From the NCBI GenBank assembly GCA_031275325.1, contig JAISOX010000031.1, positions 1 through 51,970 on the forward strand: a DNA stretch of 51,970 nucleotides. Direction: 5' to 3'. Within the stretch, counting starts at the first letter, position 1. Each line of letters opens with the position of its first letter. The stretch is from Treponema sp. (GTDB lineage Bacteria; Spirochaetota; Spirochaetia; Treponematales; Breznakiellaceae). Below are positions 1-9,308 of this stretch, in pieces. Made by a program: the position numbers and the translations under genes. Below the pieces are notes generated by a model. It did not search any database and had not been told where the DNA came from. It saw only the letters and a program-made list of their open reading frames with translations.

Positions 1-692
1 TTCGGCGCAGGCGTGGTCCCAGCAGTTCCCTTTCCGGCTCATGCTCAGGCGGACCGTGGGGCACAATTCCTCAAGACGGCCCCGAAAGGTTTTCGCACAA
101 TACTGTACTCCCCGGTCAGCGTGGAACCGCAGTCCATCCTGAGCCTTCCGGTTGACCAAGGCCATCTCCACGGCGGGTATGGCGGTATAGACCGTTTCCA
201 GGCCGCCGCTTAAGGCCCCGCCTATGACCTTCCGGTCATAAAGGTCAAGAACTACCGTCAGGAATACCCAGCCTTCCACGGTACGCAGGTAGGTGATATC
301 CGACACCCATTTTGCTCCGGCCTGTTCAGCGTGAAACTTCCGATTCAGGATATTCCCACAGACCGGAAGCCCGTGCCGGGAGTCGGTAGTCTCGATGGAT
401 TTTCTCCTCCTGCGGGCATTTAGACCGTTTTCACGCATCAATCGGGCCGCTTTCTTGGCACGTACCCGCTTCCCGTAGCTATGCTTCAGTTCCTCCTTCA
501 CCCGGGGAATGCCGTACCGATAGTGGTGTTTCTCTTGTATTCGGCGAATAAGCACGCATCGGCTTCCCTCCGCCGCTCTGATACCCCATACTTTGCCCAT
601 GTGTAATAGGCGCTGCAGCTAACCCCCAAAAGTGCGGCCATCTCCCTAACGGTGAACCGGTCCTGGTTCTCTTGTATAAACCGGTACCCCAT
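1..692 (-). pseudogene. IS3-family transposase OrfB (integrase/rve core), frameshifted near 545-565 and cut by the window edge
   Basis: Track ORF 498..692 reads MGYRFIQENQDRFTVREMAALLGVSCSAYYTWAK... and then stops. Hand translation of the adjacent minus frame continues LIRRIQEKHHYRYGIPRVKEELKH...KWVSDITYLRTVEGWVFLTVVLDLYDRKVIG...RFHADRGVQYCAKTFR...SMSRKGNCWDHACAE, which is the IS3 DDE/rve signature. Confidence 0.8.
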
Positions 693-922
693 TACGGGGG
701 GGCTCCCTGCGCGAAGATGACCGCCCCTTTTTTTAAGATTTCATTCGCCGTCCTGAGCGCCTTACCTTCCTTCCGCAAGCGGGTAAGCTCCTCGTCCCGT
801 GTCCGGGAAAGGGCGGCAAGCCTGTACCTCCCGCTCCTTGGGCAAGGCCGTGTCCAAGCTAATGAGCGGTTCCCTATGTCTAGCGGAACCGGCTCCCTAT
901 GTCTACCGGAACCAGACAGCAA
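692..922 (-). pseudogene. IS3 OrfA C-terminal (leucine-zipper) fragment lacking the N-terminal HTH
   Basis: ...DEELTRLRKEGKALRTANEILKKGAVIFAQ matches the conserved OrfA tail (LKKA..FFA type). The upstream 40 codons look like non-IS sequence containing a 23-bp doublet. Confidence 0.6.
728..734 (-). promoter_or_regulatory. A7(G) slippery run for programmed -1 frameshifting between orfA and orfB
   Basis: The minus strand reads ATC TTA AAA AAA GGG in the OrfA frame (ILKKG). orfB starts in the -1 frame just downstream. This is the classic IS3 A AAA AAG-type motif. Confidence 0.6.
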
Positions 923-1100
923 TTACCAGACTTTTATATGCGCTCGCCCTGGTTGAGGCGCTGCGCTTTATTGACAGACTTCTATGAATCAGCAATAATC
1001 AAATTGTTACCTTATATTTAGGTTCTAATACAATGAATCCTAAGACTATTTCAGAATCAACGGTCTTGAGAGAGCCCCCTTTGCCCAAAGGAGATAAGCA

Positions 1101-3290
1101 ATGAAAATAGGCAGAAAGCTTATTATAATGATAGTCGTCTTAAACCTTGCAGGAACTGCTGTGTTGACCGGGACTATCCTCACCCTAGCGCAAAGGCATA
1201 TCCATAGCCTGATTGATCACGAAATTACCAATCTGGCCCTTGAGCAGAGCCTGGCCATCCAATTATGGCTTGGACACTACATGGATGCCACCCGGACCGC
1301 TGGACAAATCATGGCGAAATACGAAGACCTAGAACCAGCGGTACGGCGGCCTTTCTTTAACCTGATACTCCGCGCCTTGGTTGAGGAGAATCCTGAGATA
1401 ATCGCCTCTGGAGGCTGCTGGGAACCTAACGCCCTGGACGGGTTGGATGCGGAATTCGTCAATACCACAGGAACCGACCATACCGGACGGTTTATCCCCT
1501 ATTGGGTCCGCACTGGTTCAACGATAGAGCTCCAACCCCAGCTTGGCTATGACCAACCGGATGAGGATTTCTACCTGCTCCCGAAACAAACCGGCCAGGA
1601 GACCATCACCGAACCCTATACCTATACGATCAACGGTAAAGAGGTCTTGATGACCACCTTGGTTATGCCTATTCACCATAATGGCCGCTTTGTGGGAATG
1701 GCGAATATTGATCTTGGGGTGGGCATCATTCAAGAGCGGGTAGAAAAAATAAAACCCTATGCAGGCACCGTCGCGGTAGTGTACAGCCATGGCGGCATGG
1801 TGAGCGGCCATTTTGATCCCCAACGGATCGGCAAACTCATGGAGGATACCGAACAGGATGTGGCAGGTCCCTATCTGAAGGACCTTATGAAAGCCATACA
1901 AGCGGGAGAGCAAATTACCTTTACCAACTATGTCTCGAAGCTCAATGAAACCATGTTTTTTGTCTGCGTTCCCTTTACGGTAGGAAATACCACCACCCCC
2001 TGGTCCCTTATGCTGGGTATCCCCCGCAGGGTTATGACCGCCCCCATCTACCGGATGCTTCTCATCGGTATCATTATTGCCGTGCTTATGCTGTTCTTCA
2101 TTTCCGTAGGGGCTTTCGCCCTGTCTCAGTCCATCAGTAAGCCCCTCAAGCAAATGGTATTGGTCTTGGGCGATATTGGAGAAGGGGATATGACCAAGCG
2201 GCTTGAGGCTAAGAGCAAGGACGAGATTGGAGATATGACCCAGTCCTTTAACCAGACCTTGAATAAGATAGGGAACCTTATCCAAATGATCCGGCACAAA
2301 GCCCAATCCCTCTCCAAAACCGGTTCGGATCTCTCCATGAATATGACCACCACCGCCGCGGCGATCAACGAAATTACCGCCAATATCCAGAGCTTAAAAA
2401 AACAGGTCAGCCATCAGAGCGACACGGTTGCGGACACGAGCCGGGCTATGGAAAAAATAAATACCCATATTGTCGGCCTCAATGGCCAGATCGAGCAGCA
2501 GGCGGACAGCGTCTCCCAATCCTCATCGGCCATCGAAGAAATGTTTGCCAATATCCAGTCTGTTACCAATACCTTAGTCAAAAACGTGGATAATGTCCAA
2601 ATCTTGGCGGAGGCTTCCGGGGTAGGCCGGGTGGGGCTTGAAGAGGTAGCCGGGGACCTGCAGAGCATAGCCCGGGATTCCGAGGGGCTTTTGGAGATCA
2701 ACGAAGTGATGGAGAATATCGCAAACCAGACGAATCTCCTCTCCATGAACGCCGCCATTGAAGCGGCTCATGCAGGAGAAGCGGGAAAGGGTTTTGCGGT
2801 GGTGGCTGATGAGATTCGTAAACTGGCCGAGTCCTCAGGAGAACAGTCCAAGACCATCAGCGAGGTATTAAAAAAAATAAAAGAGTCCATTGATAAGATC
2901 ACCCGGTCCACCAACGAGGTGCTGAATAAATTTGAGGCCATCGACAAAGGGATAAAAACCGTGGCCGAACGGGAAGAAAATATTCGGAGCGCTATGGAAG
3001 AACAGGGCGTGGGAAGCAGGCAGATCCTTGATGCGGTGGGCCACCTCAACGATATAACCGGGGAGGTTAAACAGGGTTCTAAAGCCATGAACGCCAGCAG
3101 CAAAGAGGTTATCGCTACCAGTCAAACCCTGGAATCCATCACCCAGGAGATAAGCTACGGGATGCAGGAAATGGCTGCTGGTGCGGATCAGATCAACACC
3201 GTGGTAAACCAGGTGAACGAAATCAGCGGCCAGAATAAGCAGGACATTGATGAGCTGATCCAGGAGGTCAATAAATTCAAGGTAGATTAA
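1101..3290 (+). CDS. Methyl-accepting chemotaxis protein (Cache-like periplasmic sensor, HAMP, MCP signalling domain)
   Basis: 729-aa ORF with AAAGGAGA upstream of the ATG. It has two TM segments flanking a ~300-aa periplasmic domain. The invariant hairpin motif [38 protein letters not shown] is present. Confidence 0.95.
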   Translation: MKIGRKLIIMIVVLNLAGTAVLTGTILTLAQRHIHSLIDHEITNLALEQSLAIQLWLGHYMDATRTAGQIMAKYEDLEPAVRRPFFNLILRALVEENPEIIASGGCWEPNALDGLDAEFVNTTGTDHTGRFIPYWVRTGSTIELQPQLGYDQPDEDFYLLPKQTGQETITEPYTYTINGKEVLMTTLVMPIHHNGRFVGMANIDLGVGIIQERVEKIKPYAGTVAVVYSHGGMVSGHFDPQRIGKLMEDTEQDVAGPYLKDLMKAIQAGEQITFTNYVSKLNETMFFVCVPFTVGNTTTPWSLMLGIPRRVMTAPIYRMLLIGIIIAVLMLFFISVGAFALSQSISKPLKQMVLVLGDIGEGDMTKRLEAKSKDEIGDMTQSFNQTLNKIGNLIQMIRHKAQSLSKTGSDLSMNMTTTAAAINEITANIQSLKKQVSHQSDTVADTSRAMEKINTHIVGLNGQIEQQADSVSQSSSAIEEMFANIQSVTNTLVKNVDNVQILAEASGVGRVGLEEVAGDLQSIARDSEGLLEINEVMENIANQTNLLSMNAAIEAAHAGEAGKGFAVVADEIRKLAESSGEQSKTISEVLKKIKESIDKITRSTNEVLNKFEAIDKGIKTVAEREENIRSAMEEQGVGSRQILDAVGHLNDITGEVKQGSKAMNASSKEVIATSQTLESITQEISYGMQEMAAGADQINTVVNQVNEISGQNKQDIDELIQEVNKFKVD

Positions 3291-3308
3291 ATAAATCTAT
3301 CGTACCTG

Positions 3309-3345
3309 AGGCTGTTTCAAAACTAACCGAGTTTTGAAACAGCCT
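3309..3345. terminator. Bidirectional hairpin between the convergent MCP and arfB genes (palindrome family 1)
   Basis: AGGCTGTTTCAAAAC (3309-3323), loop TAACCGA, GTTTTGAAACAGCCT (3331-3345). This is a perfect 15-bp stem. The T-tract is weak. Confidence 0.6.
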
Positions 3346-3396
3346 TTCTATTTTGCCAGGCAGCTAAACGGGTTATGGTATTCCAGTGCAGTTCCC

Positions 3397-3855
3397 TCAA
3401 AAATCTTCAGGAACAAGGCGCCGGGCCGACTTTTTCGTACCGTGGATCCGTTTGGCCTGGAGCCGCTGTTCCCGCTTTTGTTTGGAAGGTGTGGTGGGTT
3501 TACGGTATTGAGGAAGCCGGGCTGCAGCAGTGATGAGGGTTTCCAACCGGGAAAAGGCCCGTTCCTGGTTGGTCTTTTGGGACCGCTCCCCCTCAGCGGT
3601 GATGACCAGTCCATCCTCTCTGGTGATCCGGGAAGCCAAGGTTTCCCGCAGACGGTCCATCTCCCTTGCAGAGAGACCTTCCAGGTCCTTCAGCAGGATC
3701 CGCAGGCTGACCTTGGTGTTGACCTTGTTTACGTTCTGCCCCCCAGGGCCGCGAGATCGGGAATAGGTAAGATCCGCGGCAGCATGGAGGGACCTGTGAA
3801 GGAGCGCCTGGTTCATAGGTCCCTGCTTTTTATGCTGATCCCCGTAGGCAAGCAT
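3397..3855 (-). CDS. arfB: Alternative ribosome-rescue factor ArfB (peptidyl-tRNA hydrolase, GGQ domain)
   Basis: SRSRGPGGQNVNKVNTKV GGQ motif plus a basic C-terminal tail, KQKREQRLQAKRIHGTKKSARR. The ATG at 3855 overlaps the metK stop (TGATG). An internal ATG at 3816 would fit the usual ~140-aa length better, so the start is uncertain. Confidence 0.85.
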   Translation of the reverse strand: MLAYGDQHKKQGPMNQALLHRSLHAAADLTYSRSRGPGGQNVNKVNTKVSLRILLKDLEGLSAREMDRLRETLASRITREDGLVITAEGERSQKTNQERAFSRLETLITAAARLPQYRKPTTPSKQKREQRLQAKRIHGTKKSARRLVPEDF

Positions 3856-5024
3856 CAACCCAGCGCACGGGTAAGTTCCGCGGCTTTATCGGTTTTTTCC
3901 CAGGGGAATTCCCCGCGGCCAAAATGACCGTAGGTAGCAGTTTTCCGATACATAGGACGCCGAAGATCCAAGGCGGCAATGATCCCTGCGGGGCTCAGGT
4001 CAAATACCTGGGTAATCGCTGCTTCTATCAGGTGCTCAGGAACCGCAGCCGTGCCGAAGGTATCCACCATGACCGAAACCGGGAAGGGGACCCCAATGGC
4101 ATAGGCCAATTCAACTTCACAACGTTCCGCTAATTGTGCGGCCAAGATGTTCTTTGCCACATACCGGGCCATATAGGCCGCGGAACGGTCCACTTTCGTC
4201 GGATCCTTGCCGGAGAAAGCGCCCCCTCCATGGCGGCCCATACCGCCGTAGGTATCCACGATGATCTTCCTGCCAGTAAGACCTGTATCGCCGAAGGGTC
4301 CCCCCACCACGAAACGGCCGGTGGGATTGATGAAATACTTCGCTGTTTTGTCTAAGAGGCCAGTGGGTTCTAAGATAGGTCTGATGATCTGGTCGATGAT
4401 GGTTTCTTTGATGGTCTTGTAGGCAATGCCATCATCGTGCTGGTGGGACATCACGACCGTATCAATCCGTATGGGCTTGTGTCCCTCATATTCAACGGTT
4501 ACTTGGGTTTTTGCATCCGGCCGTAGCCAAGGAATCGTCCGGGTTTTCCGTTGTTCTGTAGCCCGGATCAGGATCTGGTGAGCCAGGGTAATGGGCAGGG
4601 GCATAAACTCCTTAGTCTCGTTACAGGCAAAACCAAACATCATCCCTTGATCCCCCGCGCCCTGCTGGCCTTGATATTCCTCAAGACCGCTGCCGGAAAC
4701 CCCCTGGCTTATATCAGGGGACTGGCTGTGGATCATATCCAAGACCGCCATGGACTGGTAATCCAAGCCATAAGCAGGGTCAGTGTATCCCACATCTTTG
4801 GCTACATCCCGAACCACATGCTGAAAATCCACAAAGGTTTTAGTGGTTATTTCTCCCCCAATGAGCACCAGAGACGTGGAAGCGAAGGTTTCGCAGGCAA
4901 CCCGGCTTTGGGGATCCTCTTGTAAACAAGCATCTAATATAGCATCTGAGATCTGGTCACATAGTTTATCAGGATGACCTTCTCCCACAGATTCGGAAGT
5001 AAAGAAAAATCGCCGCTGTTTCAT
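3855..5024 (-). CDS. metK: S-adenosylmethionine synthase
   Basis: [34 protein letters not shown]... and [19 protein letters not shown] motifs. I moved the start to ATG 5024, which has AAGGAG upstream. The 76 extra N-terminal codons in the track ORF look non-coding. Confidence 0.95.
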   Translation of the reverse strand: MKQRRFFFTSESVGEGHPDKLCDQISDAILDACLQEDPQSRVACETFASTSLVLIGGEITTKTFVDFQHVVRDVAKDVGYTDPAYGLDYQSMAVLDMIHSQSPDISQGVSGSGLEEYQGQQGAGDQGMMFGFACNETKEFMPLPITLAHQILIRATEQRKTRTIPWLRPDAKTQVTVEYEGHKPIRIDTVVMSHQHDDGIAYKTIKETIIDQIIRPILEPTGLLDKTAKYFINPTGRFVVGGPFGDTGLTGRKIIVDTYGGMGRHGGGAFSGKDPTKVDRSAAYMARYVAKNILAAQLAERCEVELAYAIGVPFPVSVMVDTFGTAAVPEHLIEAAITQVFDLSPAGIIAALDLRRPMYRKTATYGHFGRGEFPWEKTDKAAELTRALG

Positions 5025-5130
5025 ACTGAGTACGCTACTCCTTATAGTTGATAGGTAAAAGTGCGTCTTAACTTTATTAGGATTTGCGTATTTTGTATAT
5101 ACCCTGGTCTTGCCGTACTCCGGTGTAAGG

Positions 5131-5175
5131 GGGAACCTGTATAGGGGTATACCCTGCCGGTTCCCTTGGGTATAC
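5131..5175. promoter_or_regulatory. Compound dyad in the divergent metK/copZ promoter region (candidate metal-regulator operator)
   Basis: GGGAACC (5131-5137) pairs with GGTTCCC (5159-5165). GGGTATACCC (5145-5154) is a perfect 10-bp palindrome. TATACCC pairs with GGGTATA (5168-5174). The dyad ends 24 nt before the copZ ATG. Confidence 0.35.
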
Positions 5176-5198
5176 TGTTTTTTATGGAGGAATATGCC

Positions 5199-5399
5199 AT
5201 GACAACCAGCCTCAAAATTGAAGGGATGTCTTGTGAACATTGCGTTAAACATGTAAAAGAAGCGCTTGAAGCAATCAACGGAGTAACGTCAGCCAATGTC
5301 AAGCTCAAAGAAAAATCTGCGGTGGTGGACCACGGGGATGAGGTAGGTCTGGAGACCCTCAAAGCCGCAGTGGTCGAAGCCGGTTACGAGGTCGCCTAG
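5199..5399 (+). CDS. copZ: Heavy-metal-associated (HMA) domain copper chaperone
   Basis: 66 aa. [23 protein letters not shown] contains the GMxCxxC metal-binding motif. GGAGG lies 7 nt upstream of ATG 5199. Confidence 0.85.
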   Translation: MTTSLKIEGMSCEHCVKHVKEALEAINGVTSANVKLKEKSAVVDHGDEVGLETLKAAVVEAGYEVA

Positions 5400-5590
5400 C
5401 CCCCCAGGGGGTTTAATGCCCCTGTAGGGCCTTGGCGGTAAGCAAGCGGGCCGCTCCTTGCTTCGGTTTTTTGCCGTTTTGGAGTCAAACCCACCGTATC
5501 AGTGAGAAGAATCCTTCCGATGCAGGAACGAAGGGACGTGCGCCGTACCCTCCCACTCCGCCGCACCCCATAAGGCCCGCCGCAGGCGCC
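5400..5590 (-). repeat. Composite intergenic repeat element (core-X-Y), copy 1
   Basis: The reverse complement aligns by eye at about 75% identity with 29686-29855 plus 29994-30016. Shared strings include ACGTCCCTTCGTTCCT, CTCCAAA(A/G)CGGCAAA and AGGGGCATTAA(A)CCCC. Confidence 0.7.
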
Positions 5591-5595
5591 CGAGA

Positions 5596-7737
5596 TCATG
5601 GATTGGTACTTTTTGGTTCCTGGTAAAATCCATTTTTCCAATTGAACCGGCTCGTATGGGGGAGGGGCCTGTTGTTCTTCACTTCCCGTATCAAGTCTTG
5701 ATAATCCCCTTTCTTCAAGGGAGGACCTGAGAGATCCAGAATGAACCGGCTAAACCCTGCAGCTTTTAGAAAAGGCATTTTATCGATAATAGAAAAAGGT
5801 TTCTCCGGGATAACCAGAGAGCCTTCAGGATTACTGATAAGGGTGAAGGATTCATCCCGGCGATCAGAAAAATGCCGGAACCCATAGGTTGCCCCTAGAT
5901 CTGCCCGTATATGGAAAAGCGCAGGGTAGGCAAAAAGGGTAATAAACATGCAGGAACGCCGGTGAGGTTCCACGGTCTGTTCCAGGTTCTGCCGGTTATT
6001 CTCCAAGGGGGTAATGGCATAATCCAGGCCTAAGCAGGAAAGAAACGCCAAAGCCCAGCGGTTAAAGCCGTAGAGATAGGGACCAGCAATCACCGCGGCA
6101 TGGGTAGTACGAAAGTACGGGCAATGCCCAAGGTTGTTCACCACAAACTGACCATACCCCTGGCTGATGAGCAAAGGTATTTCTTTCTCTAGAACCTGTT
6201 CCAGGGTTTGAGGGAAATAGGGGTCCAAGACCAGGATGATCTCCCCCGGATTAAAGGGGAGCATCTTAGCCTTCCCCAGAAGATAGGCTGCGGTTTTGGG
6301 GGTATACTTCAGCATGACCCTCACCGGCCTTGATGATTGGAGGAGATACAGGTCTTCCACCCGGGAAACAGCGATGTAAAGACCCTCTGGAAAGACCGTT
6401 TTGCCTTTCTGTCCCTTAGGGGCTTTGGGCAGGCTCAGAGGCGGGGCGTGTTCCCAACCAGGCCTCCGCCTAGAAACATCCCTGCCTGGAGGAATCACCG
6501 GAGCGTACCGCTTGGACATGCCCTTGGTCTGGATGAGGTAAACCGCGTCTCCTGGTTCAAAGCCATCAGGAATGGAAATCCATCGCATCCCCGGCCCTTC
6601 TTGGGGAGCCTCTTGCATAAACCTTACCTTGTAGGATTGGCGGTCTGTGTCGTCTGCCCGGTGAAACCGCACTGAATCGCCCAGGCCAGGCACAAGCGCT
6701 CCTCCAGGGATAAGAGCCTGCCGCTCAGGCCCTGTACCTTTCACCTTGAGGAGCCTGCCCAGGGAAATGCCGGTTCCGCCGCTCCTATCTGCCTGAAGCC
6801 AATCCACGGGGCTTGTACTTTTCTGGGTATGCCTCGGATGCGTATCGTAAAAGGAATAGAAAACCGTCTTTTCCCGGGCAAAATCATTACGCAATAGCTG
6901 CAGCCCGCTTGCCAGGGCTTGTTGGATCCGTTCCTCGCTCCCGGAGAGGGCGTCGATGAGCTGCCGGTACGCGGAAACCACGGTACCCACATAGTCGGCG
7001 CTTTTCATCCGGCCCTCGATCTTGAAAGCATGGATCCCCGCGGTTACCAGATCAGGAACCTGTTCAAACAGTTGCAGGTCCGAAGGACTGAAATAATAGC
7101 CGCCGGTAGCAGGGGAATGTCCGGGGTCACTGGGTCTGAAATACCGCCTGCACCCCTGGGTACAAAGCCCCCGGTTCGCAGACTTACCCCCCAAAAAACT
7201 GGAAAACTGGCAAAGCCCTGAGGCGCTTACACAAAGGGCGCCGTGAACAAACACCTCTAATTCCATGTTGGTATGGATACGGATATCCCTGATCTCAGGG
7301 AGGCTCAGTTCCCGGGCAAGGACCACCCGGGAAATACCGTATTTAGAAAGGACATTCACCCCCCGGCTTGAAGCGATGTTCATCTGGGTAGAGGCGTGGA
7401 GTTTCAGGGCAGGAAAATGCTCCCGGGCCATGGTGAGGATCCCCAAATCTTGGATAATGAGGCCGTCCGGCCCCAGGGAAGCCAAATACCGCAAAAGCTG
7501 ATAGAGCCGATCCGCTTCTCGCTGTTCAAAAACCGTGTTGACGGTTACGTAAACCTTACGGCCCATGCGGTGCAGCCTATACAAGGCGCTTTCAAATTGA
7601 GCATAGGTAAAATTGGCGCTCCGCATTCGGGCATTGAAGTTCTTGAGCCCCAGGTACACCCCATCCGCGCCTTCACTAACAGCCGCGTCCAAGGCTTCCG
7701 GGGAACCTGCCGGGGCGAGCAATTCAACTGACTTCAT
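5596..7737 (-). CDS. U32-family peptidase-like Fe-S protein, long 713-aa form
   Basis: MKSVELLAPAGSPEALDAAVSEGADGVYLGLKNFNARM... is the U32 N-terminal signature. A conserved Cys cluster is present: HGALCVSASGLCQFSSFLGGKSANRGLCTQGCRRYF. Confidence 0.9.
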   Translation of the reverse strand: MKSVELLAPAGSPEALDAAVSEGADGVYLGLKNFNARMRSANFTYAQFESALYRLHRMGRKVYVTVNTVFEQREADRLYQLLRYLASLGPDGLIIQDLGILTMAREHFPALKLHASTQMNIASSRGVNVLSKYGISRVVLARELSLPEIRDIRIHTNMELEVFVHGALCVSASGLCQFSSFLGGKSANRGLCTQGCRRYFRPSDPGHSPATGGYYFSPSDLQLFEQVPDLVTAGIHAFKIEGRMKSADYVGTVVSAYRQLIDALSGSEERIQQALASGLQLLRNDFAREKTVFYSFYDTHPRHTQKSTSPVDWLQADRSGGTGISLGRLLKVKGTGPERQALIPGGALVPGLGDSVRFHRADDTDRQSYKVRFMQEAPQEGPGMRWISIPDGFEPGDAVYLIQTKGMSKRYAPVIPPGRDVSRRRPGWEHAPPLSLPKAPKGQKGKTVFPEGLYIAVSRVEDLYLLQSSRPVRVMLKYTPKTAAYLLGKAKMLPFNPGEIILVLDPYFPQTLEQVLEKEIPLLISQGYGQFVVNNLGHCPYFRTTHAAVIAGPYLYGFNRWALAFLSCLGLDYAITPLENNRQNLEQTVEPHRRSCMFITLFAYPALFHIRADLGATYGFRHFSDRRDESFTLISNPEGSLVIPEKPFSIIDKMPFLKAAGFSRFILDLSGPPLKKGDYQDLIREVKNNRPLPHTSRFNWKNGFYQEPKSTNP

Positions 7738-7920
7738 AAGTAGGCCCCATTATAGAGATTCCGAGGCTTCAGTACAAGCGTGGATTTTTTCCCCAGTTCT
7801 CTATATATTTAAGAAATATCCTTGGGCCATCCCCTTTTTACCCAGGGATTCTGGAGAAAGGCAGGCGTGTGTATCACACCTAAAGGAGGCTGATCCTTTT
7901 TCCATGAGTAAGGAGTTTCT

Positions 7921-8244
7921 ATGAGTACGAGTATACAAATAACCGAGGCTAATTTTGAATCTGAAGTCTTACAATCCCTCAGCCCGGTCTTGATAGAGTT
8001 CTGGGCGCCCTGGTGCGGACCCTGCAGAATGATGGCCCCTTTGCTGGATGAGCTTGCTGAGGAATATGCAGGGATCATTAAAGTGGCGAAAATCAACGTG
8101 GACGAAGAGCCCCATCTGGTAGAACGGCACGGTATTGCATCGGTGCCGGTCATGGTCGTGTATAAGCAGGGAGAACTCGTCCGGCAAAAAACCGGATCCC
8201 AGACCAAAGCGGTCATAGAAAACCTCTTTAAGGATCTGCTATAG
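7921..8244 (+). CDS. trxA: Thioredoxin
   Basis: 107 aa with the WCGPC active site (FWAPWCGPCRMMAP). AAGGAG lies upstream. Confidence 0.95.
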   Translation: MSTSIQITEANFESEVLQSLSPVLIEFWAPWCGPCRMMAPLLDELAEEYAGIIKVAKINVDEEPHLVERHGIASVPVMVVYKQGELVRQKTGSQTKAVIENLFKDLL

Positions 8245-9220
8245 CCCCATACCCCGCTTTCCAATGCCAAATCGAGCGGGAAAGTTCCGATGAAAAGGGC
8301 TGGACCCGGCTAAAATCCGGGAGCCAGCCTGTATCGGGAACCAATTCCTGGTAAAAGCCCTCGGTAATTGCAAACGTATCAAGCCAGTCTAAGACCTGTT
8401 CATATTCCTGGATATTCACCTGCCGCTCTAGCGTGCCTGGGCCGGGACTTCCCTGGGGAGGCTTTGGGGGAGTATCACCCCGTACCGGCGTATACTGCAT
8501 CATCACCGAAAGAAGGGCCCTGCCCTGGGCCTTTTCCGCAAACCACTGGAGGACCCTTTTGGTGGACTCAAGGTAACCGGGCAGCACTAAATGCCGGATA
8601 ATGACCCCGGAAACCACGCGCTGAGCCGCATTAAACCGGAGGGGGCATGTTTCCAGCATCCAGAGGATTGCCTTTTCCGCGTGTGCAGGGTAATCCGGGG
8701 CATTGAATAACCGGTCCCCCAGGACCGGATCCAGGGTTTTAAGGTCCGGCAGATACCCATCCAGCACTGATTCCATGAGGGACAGGGTCCCGGGGAGTTC
8801 ATAGGCTGAAGAATTCCAGAGCACGGGAATGGAAAGCCCCTGGGATCGGGCCTGTTGGATTCCCGCGGCGAGGGCGGGCGCCGCGTGGCTTCCCGTAACC
8901 AGGTTGATATTCTCCGCTCCCTCCTGTTGCAGGACAAGGCAGAGCCGGGCAAAGGCTTCAAGGGAGAGGGTGTTCCCCATCCCTTCCTGGGAAATCTGGT
9001 AATTCTGACAGAACCCGCAGCCTAAGTTACAGCCGCTTATAAAGATCGTTCCTGAACCGCCGGATCCGGTAACAGGCGGTTCTTCTCCCCGGTGGATGGA
9101 TGCAGCGGCAATACGGAGGGCTGCGGTTTCTCCGCAATACCCTGTTTTCCCGCCTAAACGGTCCGCGCCGCAGTTTCGGGGACAGAGGGTACAAGGGGTA
9201 TAGGCGGTGTGCATACTCAT
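8228..9220 (-). CDS. Radical SAM protein, PflX-like (pyruvate formate-lyase activase homologue)
   Basis: CNLGCGFCQNYQIS is the CxxxCxxC radical SAM motif. The N-terminal Cys-rich region is CTLCPRNCGADRLGGKTGYCGE. I set the start at ATG 9220 (MSMHTAY...). Confidence 0.85.
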   Translation of the reverse strand: MSMHTAYTPCTLCPRNCGADRLGGKTGYCGETAALRIAAASIHRGEEPPVTGSGGSGTIFISGCNLGCGFCQNYQISQEGMGNTLSLEAFARLCLVLQQEGAENINLVTGSHAAPALAAGIQQARSQGLSIPVLWNSSAYELPGTLSLMESVLDGYLPDLKTLDPVLGDRLFNAPDYPAHAEKAILWMLETCPLRFNAAQRVVSGVIIRHLVLPGYLESTKRVLQWFAEKAQGRALLSVMMQYTPVRGDTPPKPPQGSPGPGTLERQVNIQEYEQVLDWLDTFAITEGFYQELVPDTGWLPDFSRVQPFSSELSRSIWHWKAGYGAIADP

Positions 9221-9308
9221 TCCTAACGGTGAGGCTTCCCTGTTTTTACCGGGCGAAGATCCCTTCCCCCAGGAAGGAGCCGCCGACCCTGATGCCACAA
9301 CCACCCCC

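Larger units (their letters stand above)
1..960 (-). mobile_element. IS3-family insertion sequence remnant. orfA is 5'-truncated, orfB is frameshifted, and the element runs off the left window edge.
   Basis: OrfA-tail and OrfB (HTH + rve/DDE) translations lie on the minus strand and overlap at an A7G slippery run, which is the typical IS3 layout. No intact left terminal repeat or orfA N-terminus is visible. The outer boundary near 960 is approximate. Confidence 0.8.

Noticed and set aside
1518-2306. Long antisense or shadow ORFs inside confident genes: 1518..2306, 3334..3927, 20382..21083, 22195..23145, 31010..31597, 44730..45659 and 47026..47628
   Set aside because: Each lies wholly opposite a gene with strong family motifs. 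Each has a low-complexity, Gly/Arg/Pro-rich composition typical of antisense frames in GC-moderate DNA, and none has a recognisable domain.
5025-5130. SAM riboswitch in the metK leader
   Set aside because: I read the minus-strand leader and could not find the SAM-I core (such as the conserved GAGGGA...GCAACC features) or another SAM-class consensus that I know. Only the promoter-region dyad is evident. A covariance-model scan would be needed to be sure.
3855-5252. N-terminal extensions in the track ORFs for metK, ald (14245), phoU (21002), recQ (23664), the symporter (28156), cysE (31942), rbfA (34735) and the radical SAM gene (9304)
   Set aside because: In each case an internal ATG with a good SD coincides with the start of family-conserved sequence. 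The extensions are low-complexity or overlap neighbouring genes or promoters.
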